Part shown: positions 5,955 to 5,969 of the stretch, piece by piece
Layout of the letters: the number at the start of each line of letters is the position of its first letter
Numbering within the stretch: the first letter of the stretch is position 1
Source of the DNA: a virus
Taxonomy: Duplodnaviria > Heunggongvirae > Uroviricota > Caudoviricetes
DNA: 5,969 bases
IMG/VR virus record: IMGVR_UViG_2671181189_000007
Direction: 5' to 3' (one strand)
Notes under the pieces: model-generated
The model's database searches: none
Seen by the model: the letters and a program-made list of their open reading frames with translations, nothing else
Told to the model about the DNA's origin: nothing
Program-made: the position numbers and the translations under genes

Positions 5955-5969
5955 CAACACAGGTGCTCC

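Noticed and set aside
1-5969. CRISPR array, insertion sequence, transposase or integrase
   Set aside because: No repeat-spacer periodicity and no transposase-like or integrase-like ORFs. The only repeats are the short ones listed above.

Overview
All credible genes lie on the minus strand and read as one contiguous lambdoid (phage 21/82-like) prophage segment of an enterobacterial host, running from the replication module into the lysis cassette. In transcription order (high to low coordinate): DnaC-like helicase loader (5000..5878), DnaB-like replicative helicase (3612..5003), an unrecognised 85-aa ORF (3358..3615), NinH-like protein (3063..3263), Q antiterminator (2690..3070), a GC hairpin terminator plus putative late-promoter region (2579..2689), a 341-nt run of N (2207..2547), an AT-rich leader with two long perfect inverted repeats (2076..2201), an S21-type pinholin with dual-start motif (1700..1915), an unrecognised 209-aa ORF (1067..1696), a SAR endolysin (468..1001), and Rz/Rz1 spanins (67..471 / 57..251). 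A further gene appears to start at the extreme left edge. The best candidate for something undescribed is the 209-aa soluble protein wedged between pinholin and endolysin and tightly coupled to the holin. The structured leader beside the N gap and the 85-aa ORF in a minimal nin region are secondary candidates. All homology statements come from reading the translations against remembered family hallmarks; no database search was run.
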